This document shows, one piece after another, positions 52,443-64,000 of a stretch of 64,000 nucleotides of DNA. A model generated the notes under the pieces. It searched no databases. It saw only the letters and a list, made by a program, of their open reading frames with translations, and was not told the origin of the DNA. The stretch is from Paramecium tetraurelia. Lineage: Eukaryota. The position numbers were made by a program, and so were the translations under genes. Location: contig CT868429.1 in NCBI GenBank assembly GCA_000165425.1, positions 509,337 through 573,336 on the forward strand. The letters are read 5' to 3'. Every line of letters starts with the position of its first letter. Within the stretch, counting starts at the first letter, position 1.

Positions 52443-54255
52443 TCACTTCATAAACACATTTAATCCAGAGATTCTTTTTTTCTTTTTCAAAATGGTTTAT
52501 TCTTTTCGTTTTAGATTAAATTCCCTTTATGGAAGTTCCACAGAGAACATCTTAATTTAATTTAATATTTTATTTTTGCTCAAAATAGGACTATGCTAAA
52601 GTTCTGTATCCAGTCTTCTATTTTAACTGCTCCTGCGATGAGGAATAATTGGTTTTTCATATTTATTTGAATTTAATTATGATTGGTCAATAGAAGTATA
52701 GAAATAGTCATTAATTTACAATTCCGGTTGCAAACGCCTTCTTTAAAGAGAATAAGGTTTGTAATTTGAATCAAAAAAATACCCATTGCTTCTCTCAGTA
52801 ACTGCATCCTTACTTTTGTTCGTATTCAAAATTTTATAGTATTAATTTCTTGAAGATTGGCTTCTAAAGCTAGGAGTTATGGATTGAAATTTATAAATGC
52901 AAAGGCTTTTATCTTAAAATTGAGATTTATTCATTTTAATTTAAAATAAGGAAAATAAAGGAAAAACAAAAATAATGCTATCACTTTGTCTTTTTCCATA
53001 AACTTGTTGATCTCATTCTGATATGACTAAGTAAATAATTTGTCTTATCAAATTTTCCAGTAGCATGAATTCGAGTATGTTCGTGCATACTATTAGACTT
53101 CTGTAGTACAGTAGATGTATTGGATTGTCTAAAATCCTTCTTCATTAATTCATTTATCTTCTGAAACGAAATAGATTAATAGGTCTTATTCTTTTCCTTA
53201 TTCCTTGTCAGAATTCTTTGCATGACTTTAGCAGGGGAATTAATATTCTTTAATGATTCTGACCTATAAATTCGAAATTAGTCTTCATTCTAATAAATAC
53301 TGAGTTTATGATGAGAATCCTTTTTGAAATATTTACTAGAGTAATCCTAAGGAATATGGTCCAAGTATTTATTTTTTAATATTCTATACAGTTTAACTCC
53401 TATTATGGATTTAGCTGAATGAGATCTAAATTGAGTGAGTATTTCATCTTCTCCAAAGCATTCCTTAGCTCCCATAATAGATAAAGGCAATGAATTTTTA
53501 TTGTATGTCCTATATAATTAGATTTATCCATCAATTATAATATAAACAGAATCTACGGGATCTCCTTATTGATAAATTATCTAATTAGGAGTAAAATTAA
53601 GCTCTTAAATTTCAGAAACTAAACTTTTTATTGTTTTAGCACTCCACTTCTAAAAGAGAGGAATCTAACATAAGTTTGCAAATCTTTCAGATTCTTACTT
53701 TTTAGTTTCTTATTCTAATTGTTATAGTTAAGCATAACATACCTATAATTCTTCGATATGTCTCTCTTTTTAAGACTATGAGATGTGATTTCTCTAAAGG
53801 CAACACTGTTTGAGTGTGCGATTAATCAAAGATCATAACTTATTCTCCAAAATATTATCCTGGATATAAATAACCTGAAGGAATGAGATGAGAGTATTGC
53901 GAATCTACTTTCTTTTAACTTGATATACTAAATTAGGTTACATTTCAGAAGGCAATTAAATATTTGATTAGTGATTGCGAGTAAGAAGTAGAAATTTGCC
54001 AGCAAGTATAAAATACAACTTAGTACTCTATTCCCCTATTTATACCTAAGGTTCATAAGGTAAATGACATTCATATTGGAGTTCTTTAAGGATTTTATAA
54101 TATTAAGTGTCTCCTATTTGTCTATGCATATTTCTGAAAAATGGTTAGTCTTATAATTTAGAGTGAATAAACTCTATATCGTATTGAGTTTTAAACATGG
54201 ATCTCTTGTTAACTGCTAGTATTAACGAATACATATCATTTTCAGAAATATTCAT
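52443..54255 (-). CDS. Tandem cyclic-nucleotide-binding domain protein
   Basis: GEQSTKLYFILAG...LYPGQYFGEQ and IYQQGDPVDSVYIIIDG...KECFGEDE; introns; start at 54255 (alternative 54234). Confidence 0.85.
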
Positions 54256-54268
54256 AATAAAATAAAAA

Positions 54269-55321
54269 ATGGATTCTTAAAACGATTCCTCTGTAAGCTC
54301 TGAGGATACAAATGATGGAATTATTGAAAGAGAAGAAAGTAGATATTAAAGAAAAGGTATAAATCATTTATAAGATTTTAAGGCTATGGTTTGATTTTTG
54401 CTATTCTTTTTACCCTCTTTGGGTTTACTGTGTTCCCCTAAATAATATAATATCAATACTTATCCTGCCTTCAAGGCCTTTAGCGTAATGGCTTTATCTA
54501 TTTAATGTAGCTCAATATATTTAAATGATAATGTTGATTTCCACTCATCTTTTAGGTTTCTCCTTGGGCAACTTAGGGATGTATTTTATTTATAAAGCCA
54601 AGTCCCCCTTTTTTGAAAGATATAGAACAAGATAGGTATTGTTTATGAAAGAATATAGAATCCATGGCCATGGGATGAAAATCCAGAGCAATGGAGAAAG
54701 AAACGCAGGGAAGTTTGGAAGAGTACTTCTATAAATATGTGTTTGGGAGTGCTGATGTGCATCTTAGACACTTTGTTAAATCCTTTAATAAGGAATGACA
54801 TAGATTCTTTTCCAACCATATTTGAAATGATTTGGTAAATTGTGTTTTCAATGCTAATTGAAGATACATGTTTTTATTGGACTCATAGAACTTTACATTC
54901 TCCAAAACTCTATTCAATTATTCATAAAAAACATCATGAATTTTACACTAGTGTGTCTTATGCTGCCATCTATACACATCCTATTGAATACGTATTTGGT
55001 AATGTTATCCCAGTTTTTATTGGATAAAAGATATTGGGTAATAAAATGCATATAGCCACATTACAATTATGGCTATTGTTTAGAATTGGAGAAACTATAG
55101 ATGGTCATAGTGGCTATGAATTCTCTTGGAGTCCATATAGATTGTTGCCTTTTTCAAGCAGTGCTGAATCACACAATTACCACCATTCTCATAATGTTGG
55201 CAATTATGGCAGTTTCTTCGTTTTCTGGGATACGATCATGGGAAGCAATAAATCTTACAATTCATTCATAGCTGACAAGTATGGAAAAATCAAAAAGTTA
55301 AAATCAAAAAAAAAAGAATGA
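54269..55321 (+). CDS. ERG25/C-4 methylsterol oxidase-like member of the fatty acid hydroxylase superfamily
   Basis: His boxes HRTLH, HKKHH, HNYHH; YTHPIE; HSGYEFSWSP; GNYGSFFVFWD; three introns. Confidence 0.92.
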
Positions 55322-55429
55322 AATAATTTCATATTATTAAAATACAATTGTTTTATATTAATTAAGTTTAATACCCTTTAAATTACAGTGCATAATTAAT
55401 TAATTAGAATTTGAGAAATTTAAATATAA

Positions 55430-56579
55430 TCAAAAGAAAAAGGATTCTTCCTTTTAAATTAAGTAAACACTCGTTATGGATTTATACACTCTTTCCACTT
55501 CAGTATAATTTGCCTTCTTCGCTGTTAAGCAAATAGATCTTATTTTATCTTTGAGAAGAAATAGTGGTTCTTCATTTTGAATCAGCAATTATTAATTTAT
55601 TCCTGGTGCCTAGAGAAATAGAATTTAGCATGTTTGTAAAATTGGTACTGCTTCTTTCAGAATGGAATTCACCTTTTCTTGATGCTTTTTCTCTTACGCC
55701 CTTCTTATTTGAGATCCTATTGATTTAATATTAGATCCTGAGTGGGAATCTTTATTTAATTATCGACCTCCTGCCTTGCCTCTTACAACATAGCGATGAT
55801 CGCTTTTATGATAAATGCATCCTGTATTGTCAAAGACTCCTAAACAAAAATATCCTCCATGGCAAAGGATAATTGCAAATTTCTAAACATCATCTAGTTA
55901 TTATAAATTTGGTTCCTATTATTGTTTCTGCTTAATAACCTTCTATTTATTTTAGTTAACTCTCTCAAGGATTTCTTTTTACCTTCTTAAGATACTCTGC
56001 ATATCATTTAGTTAATAATTAGCAAATTCATTTGATTAAGCAATCTTTTCTAATATTTCTTTTGAACAATCTTCATTTACTTCCAAAAATTCATAGTTTA
56101 ATCCTTAATCAATCAAAGATCTGTTTATTATAATATAATTCTCATTATATTTAAATGCTTTATTTTCTTAAGTGCTTAATTTACTATCTTCTGGCAGGAT
56201 GGCATTAATATTGACTGGTTGCCAATTCAAATTAAGAAATTGTTTTGGAAGATCTTTGAGTTAAATCTTGATAACTTAAGCACCTAAATCCTTAATTTTT
56301 ATTTCCATGTTTTTGGGTACTTTATATAAGACTTTAGGCAACATGGGGATAGTTTTTTTTCTAAAATTATAAATCTCTCTTAGACTCTAGAAGGAATATA
56401 AGAATTTCAAATACATTTAAAAAGTGCATCAATCTTTATTCTAAATACTTTTTCAAAATAAAATTCAATTAGTTCTTGAAATATTTATTACATCTGCTAA
56501 AATTGGCTAAATCCTTAGAATTAAGACAAGAGATTATTGTTTTGCTTATTTCAGGTTGGTTGAAAAGGTTTGTGATCAT
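55430..56579 (-). CDS. Vms1/ANKZF1-type VLRF1 domain protein with an N-terminal F-box-like motif (373 aa)
   Basis: FAIILCHGGYFCLGVF...HKSDHRYVVRGKAGGRQLNKD...SIGSQIRRAQE...FLQAPG...KKANYTEVERV; N-terminus NLFNQPEISKTIISCLNSKDLANFSRCNKYF; 28-nt intron near 56387-56414. Confidence 0.85.
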
Positions 56580-56764
56580 TTTAATTAAGTTAAAATATTA
56601 AATTCTTTATTAAAGTTTTAATTGTATATAATTGTATTTATAATTTATTTAACAACAGATTTCATCAGAGTTTTGAAGAAGAATTATGAGCATCCATAAA
56701 CTGAAATATTTAGTTAATAATTTATATTTATTATTTTATATCAACTTTTAATGTAAAAGAATAG

Positions 56765-57439
56765 TCATTATAGATGATAGAATATCGCAGCACTTACAAA
56801 GCCAAATAAAGCAAATCTATAATGTTTATTTAAGGATTAAATCCACTTTTTCTATTTAAATAATATTCCAAAATAAATAAATATCAAACCATATGAAAGT
56901 GTTCTTATTGTCTTTTAATCCTAGTATTGCTTTCGTATTTATTCAACGTATTATGCATCTCTCTTTTCTTATAAAAATGTATGATTAATTTCAATAGATA
57001 ATAATTAATTAATCTATTTTTAAAGTAATCTTTACGAATAGTTAAATCTAGGAATCCTAAATTTAAATATTTCATATTGCACTAATTATCTGAGTTTGTA
57101 TGCAATTACAGTGTATAATTTATCATTAATAGCCTCTAAACATTAATAATATTTGCTCGCATCCTTATTCAAACTTTCAAGACAATTAATTAACTCAATT
57201 AAAACTATTTATAATAAATTCTCTAATTGCATTTTTAACTCTTGTGATCTAACTTTTAAAGGATGACCAATTTCTAATGCTAATTATAATAGTAATTCTT
57301 TTTAATCTAAAGGTTTATTGTTTATTTCATTTAGTACTATTTTCTCTACTTCCTTCACTCTCTCAAGACTTGTATACTTCCTATTAGACCTAAATTTTTC
57401 TGAAACATCTTTAATTTCTAACTTTAGTCTTTTAAGCAT
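56765..57439 (-). CDS. Hypothetical helical protein with C-terminal hydrophobic segments (224 aa)
   Basis: Intronless code-6 ORF MLKRLKLEIK...YGLIFYLFWNII...FALFGFVSAAIFYHLQ-TGA. Confidence 0.65.
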
Positions 57440-57596
57440 AATAATATTTAATCAATTATTATATATAAAATTCATTCACATCAACACTTTTATTTCTTAA
57501 AATATCTTCTATGATTTCAATACTTAATTTGAACTATCTTTTGTAAAAAACTCTAAATAACGTTTTATTAATATTGAATAATAAATTATCAAATAC

Positions 57597-57965
57597 TCAT
57601 AATTTTTCCAACAAGCATTTTGCAGCCCTTAATTTTTAGGTAAAATAACATTCTTTCAAATTGAGCTAAAATAATTATTTCTTTTTTGTTTATTTTAACT
57701 AATGTAATTGTTTTGACAATTCAAGTAGTTTTTCTTTACCAGTTACCTATTTTTCTTTAATTTCTACAAATTAATCCAATCTCATGGTTTAATAACATTT
57801 AAAGAAATATTAGCATAAATTCTGTTCAAATAACTCTATTTTTCTCTTGAATTTCTGCATATTTTCTTCTTCATAAGTCAATTATGCCTCTTCTTTGGTG
57901 ATAAATTCACAAATAGTTTATTTAAATTTTCCCTCATCTGACTTAACCTACAATTTACTATTCAT
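57597..57965 (-). CDS. Small hypothetical coiled-coil protein (122 aa)
   Basis: MNSKLQVKSDEGKFKQTICEFITKEE...AAKCLLEKL-TGA. Confidence 0.55.
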
Positions 57966-57987
57966 AATATTAATTTTTTGTTAGAGT

Positions 57988-58441
57988 TCAATTTATTACC
58001 TAATAGTCTTTATGTCTTTGTCTATTTCTTGAGTCTGTTTCTATTGTTACAGAATATTTCTTAACTTCTCTGAGTAATATTCTCTCCTCAAATGATATTT
58101 TTAAATTATACTTAGATTAAATTATTCTTCTATTTTTATTTCAGCTATTTGACTTTCTTAGCTATTCTTTTAATCAATCTCTAATTTCTTTTGAATTCCT
58201 TTATGGCCCATTCTTCGTCGAATTTCCCTTATGCTTAAACAGTAAAATTTGAATTTGTTGACAAACAACTAAAATCATTCTCATTGGCTAATGTAATGAT
58301 ATCATCTTCCTCATCTTAATAAGTTAGTGACTCTAGAATAAATGATGGTTCAGTTTAGTGAAGTCTTAATTTCAACTCTTCGAATGAATAAACTTCTTCA
58401 AAATTGAATTCTTGCCCTTGACATGCTATTTTAAGATTCAT
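57988..58441 (-). CDS. Small PB1-domain protein
   Basis: MNLKIACQG...LTYQDEEDDIITLANENDF (OPCA acidic motif); one intron. Confidence 0.75.
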
Positions 58442-58898
58442 TAATGATATTAATAAAAATTCTAAATAATTTCTTTTATAATTCAAAAATATAGAATTTT
58501 GTCCATTTATACCATAACTATTAAATAAATAATTATTTTTGATAGAATGGATTTTATGTGTTATTATCATAATTAAAATTAATTCTACAACGTATTAAAT
58601 TGAAATATATTCTAAATGGTTTTAACTAGGTGTTAAACAGCTTGTTCAATTAGATAATATTATTACTAAAATATATTAATAAATAACATATTTGTATAAT
58701 TGAATTAAATTTAAGATGATTTACTAATTTAGTATAAAACTAGATTACTCAATATTATAGTAGTTTAAGGATAAGTTATTCCTTATATAATAATAATGAA
58801 ATAAGGAAATTCTTCAAAACACCAATGAACAACTGAAGTTCGGATGTATTTAATTTAATTCTGTCACCAAAAACTTAAATTTCATATATATATAACTA

Positions 58899-59423
58899 TC
58901 AATTGTGGCATTTAGAATGCTTTAAATATTAACTCTCAGCTACTTAGCAATTTTTTCTCAGCAAATCTCCTACTACTATTGAATCCTTTTTAGGATTTTT
59001 GAAGACTTCGCACTGAGAATTCGAGCTTTTATTTCGTTTCCTTAATTCTATGTAATCATCAACCACATATTTTAGCCATTTCCAAGCATATTTGAGAGTT
59101 ATTTGTTTATCAGATGGATGACAGACTCTTACCATATCGAGAACACAATTAAGAAACTTTATTTCATCAGGGCCTTATGTGTGTTGGCTACTTAGGATTT
59201 CGTTCTCCTACTAAGCCTCACTATATTTATAGTGCAAGTGCTCTAGTTCTTCACTCGGATACTGATGTACAAAATACCTCAATTATTATTAATACTGCAT
59301 AAGTGAATTAACTTTTTCATTTGCAATTTGTAACTACTACTCTAAAGATGTGGATTCAGTTTCATTTTTAAAAAACATTTCCTCCTTCATTGACAACGGT
59401 GAGAACTCTTATGAGTAGCTCAT
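58899..59423 (-). CDS. Hypothetical protein (174 aa)
   Basis: Intronless ORF MSYSQEFSPLS...ITLKYAWKWLKYVVDDY...SKCHN-TGA. Confidence 0.7.
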
Positions 59424-60503
59424 TTAATTTTAACTGTTATATAATTTAATTAATTCAAAATAGAACTTAATGTTAAATAAATATTTTCAAATTATTTTAT
59501 CTAATTAACTTCTTAAACAATAAAATTAATAGTGAAGACTTTAAGTAGAAATAAATGACTCAATATTAATTATTATTAAATTTAGTTTTTTCAAATTAAT
59601 TTAATTTACTTCATAATGATAAATCATTCTTGATTAATTTGAATAGACTTGAAGTTTAACCAAAATTTCAAAATTAAATCAAAAATGCTTACAATTAATT
59701 TGATAACTCTATTAATCGATTAGTCGTATTACTAATTTAGAGGTATTATATATTGATCCAATTATTCAAAATGTTCAGATACATAATCATTCTAACTTGT
59801 TAACCTTTATCCTATAAATCAAAATAATATAAACTTTGTGTTCTGAAAATATTATATGCAGCAGTTAATATAATATGTTTAAATATTCCTGGTATATGAA
59901 ATTATTAAACAATCATGCACATTATTTCTAAGCCATTTGGTGTTATATTCAAGCAAAATATATTTTAATCAACTAAAATTTATCATATTTTTAAAGCCGC
60001 ATCTATATTTTAATGGCAACATCTAAATTTCAATAAAATCAAATACGATTTGAGGGTCTATATTAAATTTTTTCTCAAAATTATTTTAAGTAAAGATATA
60101 AATATCTTATAAAAACGATCTCAATTCTGAATTATATGGTAAATTAATATTTAACAATCGTTATCCTTTTGAGAATATCTAGATTTGAACAAATTCTTAA
60201 ATGATCACATAATCTCGAATAAAAATAAGGATATGGATTTGGCTCCGATTCAAAGTTTCTTGACAAATAATTTCTGAATATTTTCCAGAGTTTCAGTTAT
60301 TTCAAGAAGAAAATTGAATGATTGATTCTATTTCTGATTAAGAAAACATCAAATCAGATCAAGTCTTAATAAAATAATGAATTTAATTCATAAAACAAAT
60401 CAACAACAATAGTAGTATATATTAATGTCATAATTTAATAAAGATAGATACCTATAAAGCATTCATATACTCATGCTTATTTCTGATGTTAATGTAATTA
60501 TAA

Positions 60504-61758
60504 TCATTTATCAAACTATGCATATTTTTTAGCCAAATCGTCCATTTACTTTTCTAACCCATGATATCTATGGAGGAGTTCATTTCTTCTGATAGTAAAG
60601 GTTTCTTCCTTTTCCATAAGTACACTATTATAAGAGAATCAATCTTACTTTATTTCACACTATAATCCATCAAGCATTTTTTCTTAGGATTCTATTGTAT
60701 CTTAGTTTTATTAAATTTTCTAATCTAATTCATTCATAATTCCTTCATCTGATTATTAAGCCAATTAATCAATTCCACTTATGGAGCATATACGCTAAAA
60801 TTCATCAAGAAGCAACTTTCTTTCCATTTATAAGGATTCCTATGCCTTCACTTCAGACTTGATTAATTTATCATAGCTTTTGGTCTTATTCAACTCGTCT
60901 TCAAACTCTTTTAATTATGTTCTTGATTATTGTAACTCATTATTCTTCTGTGACAATTCCAAGTCTAATTTTATTTTTGAGTTATTCTAATTCCTCTAAT
61001 TTCTATTGTTTTTACAATAACTTAGGATCAAGTCTTTATTATTCCTTGCATAATTTCTCAAATTCTTATTCATAATGAACACTTGCAGCTTATAATTAGT
61101 TTTGCTTTTTATTAGCTAGCTTTAATTTCCTATTATAAATTCAAATATATATTTCTTATTTGATTGCTTTAATTAACTAATTTTTAGTATGATTATGATA
61201 ACTCCTAAACTGTGGCTGTTGCTCTTTATAATTCTTCTCTACATTCATCTTAACAAAAATTTGAATAAATTTTATACTTGCTTCTTCTTTTATCTCCATT
61301 ATCTTATTACCAAGCAATTCAACTTCCTCTTATGTAGACTACTTCTAATGTTATCTTTCCTTCAATTATTGATCAATCTATTCAATTTGTGCTTCACATG
61401 TCTTAATTTCATATTTTTTTTATTTTATTTTGTTGGCATTCTTTTTTCTGGGTTTCCCACTTGAATGCACTTTTCTAATTAACTCAGCTAATTATTATTT
61501 TAACTAAATCTACTCTTGTAGAACCTCTTCTAAATTAATCTAATTAATTCAATTTCAATATTTTACTTATTCNNNNNNNNNNNNNNNNNNNNNNNNNNNN
61601 NNNNNNNNNNNNNNNNNNNNNNNNNNNNNNNNNNNNNNNNNNNNNNNNNNNNNNNNNNNNNNNNNNNNNNNNNNNNNNNNNNNNNNNNNNNNNNNNNNNN
61701 NNNNNNNNNNNNNNNNNNNNNNCCCATTCTCCTCAAACAATTATTATATTTTGAACAT
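60504..61758 (-). CDS. Hypothetical coiled-coil protein spanning the assembly gap
   Basis: MFKIQQLFEENG precedes the gap; a Q/E/K-rich ORF follows it and ends YAQFDK-TGA. Confidence 0.6.
61573..61722. other. Assembly gap (150 N)
   Basis: Run of N characters. Confidence 1.
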
Positions 61759-62075
61759 AGAATTTAAATGATTTATCAATAAATAATTAATCAATATATA
61801 ATATTTGGAAATATTGTAAATCATCTACAAAAATACATTAATATCTCAATTATTTATATATAATGGGATTATTTAGTGTTTACTTTCTTCCTAGTGATTG
61901 ATATAAATAATTTTTTTTTATGTAATTAGAAGAGTGCTAAAAATATTTATTGAAATGCAATCTTCTATGATTTTATTTAATCAAATTCCAATTCAACCAA
62001 GAATAGAGCAACCATTAAATTATAGATCAAAAATTTTTATTGATAGTGAACTTTATAATGTTTAACAAATTAAAT

Positions 62076-64000
62076 TCATTCCAAATTTATAATATAATAT
62101 GATTTATTGTGGTCTAAAATTTCTATTTTATCCTTTCCTTATTCAAAGATATTTTCCCTAATTTCATTATTGCAAACTTGGATGAAATGAAGAGTTCTTA
62201 AAAATAAATAAAAATATTTACATATTTAATTGTTGTGATAATGCCTGAAGATTTAAAGCATCATCTAATTGTGTGTTCCAATATAAGATATTCAGAGTTG
62301 ATTACACTTTTGAATGGAGAATATTTCTAATTAATATATTGGCTAAAATGTGGAAATTTAGATTATTCTAATTTTTATATAATTAATTGAATGCTTATAT
62401 TCTTTGGTCTTAATCTTCGTTATAAATTTGTATTAGATAGAGAATTAACAATTGTTTGATCTAACCAAATAAAGATTGTGAAATTTATATGTAATCACAA
62501 TAAATAATAAAGTTAAGTAGTTTAATATCTTCAATAAAAGAATAGAAATCGTCTTATTCATACATTATTTTATTTCTTAAAAATTAGTATGCAAATGCAG
62601 TATAAAAGGAGTTATCATATACACTGATATAAGTAGAGATTTTAATTTCATTTGAATTAATACCCAATGTTAAGAAATCTTTTTTCTCTGATATTATACA
62701 GATGTTAGCTACATTTTACTATTAATGAAGTTATATTAGTATGTCGTTAATGCTAATATTTTTGGTGGTCCTATTTTCCATAATTTTTTAAAGTTTTTTG
62801 TCCATTTTCTCAACTTCCATTGTTAATTCTTGAACCTTCACATCTAATTATTAAACATAAAAATGAATATTTTTTTCAGAGTACTATTTTTATAAAACTT
62901 ACTCTTAATCAGATCTAAAACTATTATCAGAATTCTGAATTGCATCTATTCTCATTGAATTTTTATACGTTGTCATGATGATTTTACATTGACTCTTACT
63001 CTTATTAGATAAGCTCATGATCGCTTTGTACTTAAGAGAGTCTTTATTCAAATTTAGTTTGATATAGTGAATTAAAATTTTATAACTCTTTAATCCATCT
63101 ATTTAATCTTTGTATATCTTCTTACATTGAATTAGATTATTTAATTAAAACATCATTTTGGATCTTTAGTGTATCAATTTCTTATGTTATTGATTAGTCT
63201 TATATTTACACTTTTTCCTGATTTTAATTTTGTGATTCTTGTTAAGACTTGACATTAGTAAGGCTGTCATTATCTATAATTTCTTAAGCTCTTTCTGTAC
63301 AACTCTTTTAGATAATCTCTTAATTATTACTTGGTTCAACTGAGCTAGAAATGTTTTATAAAATTTATGTGTAATTAATAGCTTCAGTTAAATTTTTGAA
63401 TTCTTGACTTAAACTATTAATTCTGTCTTCAAATGCTTTTTTATTTTCATCTAACATTTATTGAAACTTTTGATTAATTTCATCAAAATTAGTTACAAAT
63501 TCAGCTCTAAAATAACTAAGCATTGCATGTTTTTCAACTAAATCTGTCTATTTTTATTTTTTTGTTCTTTTTATTTATGTTTCTGATAAGTTACTAATGG
63601 ATTATCTAGAAATTGTGGATGATTTCTTAGTGAATTCTCTTTAATAAGTGATACTATTTGTATTTTCTGATAATTAAAAAATTTCATTGGATAATTTACT
63701 AATTTTTTCTTCAGTCTATTCAATATTTGTTTATTGCTATGATTAGATTTATCCAAAATCCTGTTATAAAGTTGTTATTTAATTTTACAGGAGAGATACT
63801 TCATGCTATAATTCGTTGATCAATGAAGTCTAATCCTTAAAATTCTATTCTATTTGTTGCCAATTTATATCAGCATATTTACTTGATTATTTTAAAGATG
63901 GTTTTTTAATATGAATTTTATCAATACTGCTATCAATTACTTGTTATATATGTTATTTTATAGAATTGGCTTATGATTTAGAATAATCCAAAATTGACTT
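62076..64000 (-). CDS. 3' part of a long hypothetical coiled-coil protein
   Basis: Code-6 frame entering from the window end, Q/E/K/I-rich, with short introns; stop position tentative. Confidence 0.6.

Noticed and set aside
6215..63756. Many short standard-code ORFs suggesting fragmented genes or small proteins
   Set aside because: Artefacts of reading TAA/TAG as stops; under table 6 with tiny introns they merge into full genes or are antisense shadows.
1..64000. Retained IESs, transposons, telomeric repeats, tRNA/rRNA genes, CRISPR arrays
   Set aside because: None recognised by eye. The interruptions I examined in coding regions were short introns or single-base lesions, not TA-bounded insertions. 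Small ncRNAs or intergenic IESs would need a computational search.

Overview
Ciliate macronuclear-type genomic DNA, almost certainly Paramecium (aurelia group likely). It is very AT-rich and gene-dense. TAA/TAG read as Gln and only TGA is stop (translation table 6), and introns are tiny (about 21-34 nt, GTA...TAG), so the supplied standard-code ORF track is fragmented or spurious. Manual translation gives about 35 protein genes. Recognisable ones are a Rab2-like GTPase, two PX sorting nexins, an ~8.5 kb Cys-rich/beta-helix multi-TM surface protein, RPL27, RPL3, a tandem CCCH protein, a Myb protein, Twinkle primase-helicase, V-ATPase F, IMP3, a DHHC palmitoyltransferase, an AGC kinase, a PCO/ADO-like thiol dioxygenase, SPEF1, a histidine phosphatase, VPS51, an HMG-box protein, a cNMP-binding protein and an ERG25-like oxidase. 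There is one 150-N gap. Main leads: (1) an F-box-like motif fused to a Vms1/ANKZF1 (VLRF1) domain; (2) a tandem pair of PHTF-like / 7TM-ion-channel-like membrane proteins; (3) a tiny protein with a HEXIM-like basic + PHNT motif; (4) single-base lesions in otherwise intact genes (in-frame TGA in VPS51, GT-CG intron in V-ATPase F, +1 frameshift in one PHTF-like copy). All homology calls come from motif recognition by eye and memory, not database searches.
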